NCBI GenBank assembly: GCA_038087875.1
Contig: CM075997.1
Coordinates: 124,001 to 188,000, forward strand
Length of the DNA stretch: 64,000 bases
Direction of reading: 5' to 3'
Source: Malacoraja senta
Taxonomy: Eukaryota
Each line of letters opens with the position of its first letter. Position 1 is the first letter of the stretch. A program made the translations under genes and the position numbers. Below the pieces are notes generated by a model, which had not been told where the DNA came from, ran no database searches, and was given only the letters and a program-made list of their open reading frames with translations. Of the stretch, positions 62,985 to 64,000 are shown piece after piece.

Positions 62985-63420
62985 TGTACCGAGGTACAGT
63001 GAAAAGCTTTTGTTGCGTGCTATCCAGTCAGCGGAAAGACAATACATGATTACAATCGAGCCGTCCACAGTGTACAGATACTTGATAAGGGAATAACGTT
63101 TGGTGCAAGGTAAAGCCAGCAAAGTCTGATCAAGGATAGTCCGAGGGTCACCAATGAGGTAGATAGTAGTTCAGCACTGCTCTCTGGTTGTGGTAGGATG
63201 GTTCAGTTGCCTGATAACAGCTGGGAAGAAACTGTCCCTGAATGTGGAGGTGTGCGTTTTCACACTTCTGTACCTCTTGCCCGATTGGAGAGGAGAGAAG
63301 AGGGAGTGACTGGGGTGAGACTGGTCCTTGATTATGGTGCTGGCAGCGTGAGGTATAGATGGAGTCGATGGAAGGGAGGTTGGTTTGTGCGATGGTCTGG
63401 GCTGCGTCCACAATTTCTTG
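62985..63420 (-). mobile_element. Rex1/Babar-type LINE 3' fragment
   Basis: LQEIVDAAQTIAQTNLPSIDSIY / IIKDQSHPSHSLFSPL...FRDSFFPAVIRQLN. Confidence 0.8.
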
Positions 63421-64000
63421 TAACCTCCCCAACCTGTGACGTGTAAGACAGGCTAGTATCTGGGCGAGAAGTTTCTGCTACGCAGTGGTTCACCAAGTCT
63501 TTACCAAAGCCAATTCCCAACCTTAGTCACTTGGAAAAAAACAAGGACGGAGGTGTAAAGAAACCAAACTCCCCCAGGTCACAACAGATTTCTTGTTCCC
63601 GAGAACTGGTCATCACCTGAACAGTTCGCAAAGTGGGAAATGAAAGCGAGGAGGAAAAAAAAAAAAAAAGAAACCAGAGGGTTGACGGAGGAGCTGCCGG
63701 AGGAGGTACTTGAGGCAGGTACCACTGCAATGTTTAAGAAACATTTAGACAGATCCATGGGATAGGACAGGTTTGGAGGGATAGGGGCCAAATGCAGGCA
63801 GGTGGGACACCTTGTTCAGCATGGGCAAGTTGGGCCGAAGGGCCTGTTTCCATGCTGTAAGGCTGTAAGACTTGAATTTTATTCTTCCCAACTGCCCTGG
63901 TAGAATTTGAACACATCTATCTTGATCAATCGTCCAGAACTCTGACAGGTAATGACCACTATGGACGATAACTGATGCCAATTGCCTTCAGAGCTCAGAC

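Overview
Eukaryotic vertebrate genomic DNA, most likely from a cartilaginous fish such as a skate or ray. This is inferred from the HE1/V-SINE-like, CR1, Rex1 and Penelope repeat complement. Four genes are recognisable: single-exon nanos2 (+); a ZBTB1-like BTB-zinc-finger gene (+, non-coding first exon, coding exon frameshifted as assembled); a two-exon POLR1G/CD3EAP (PAF49/RPA34) gene (-), present twice either side of a 200-N gap, probably two haplotypes or a false duplication; and GPR4 (-). NANOS2, POLR1G and GPR4 are also linked on human 19q13.3. The rest is dense interspersed repeat, microsatellite and a tRNA-Gly pseudogene. Highlights: (1) a 140-bp non-autonomous retroelement (2 copies, 8-bp TSDs, GAA tail) whose 5' end folds by eye into a minimal HDV-like ribozyme lacking P4; (2) abundant Penelope-derived termini carrying minimal hammerhead motifs, including a presence/absence insertion and one that captured local DNA; (3) an 8-unit, hairpin-rich tandem array starting at the nanos2 stop codon; (4) a probable ZBTB1 ohnolog on the 19q13-like paralogon. 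All protein and repeat identifications are from memory, not database searches. Interspersed-repeat boundaries are approximate and the repeat list is not exhaustive.
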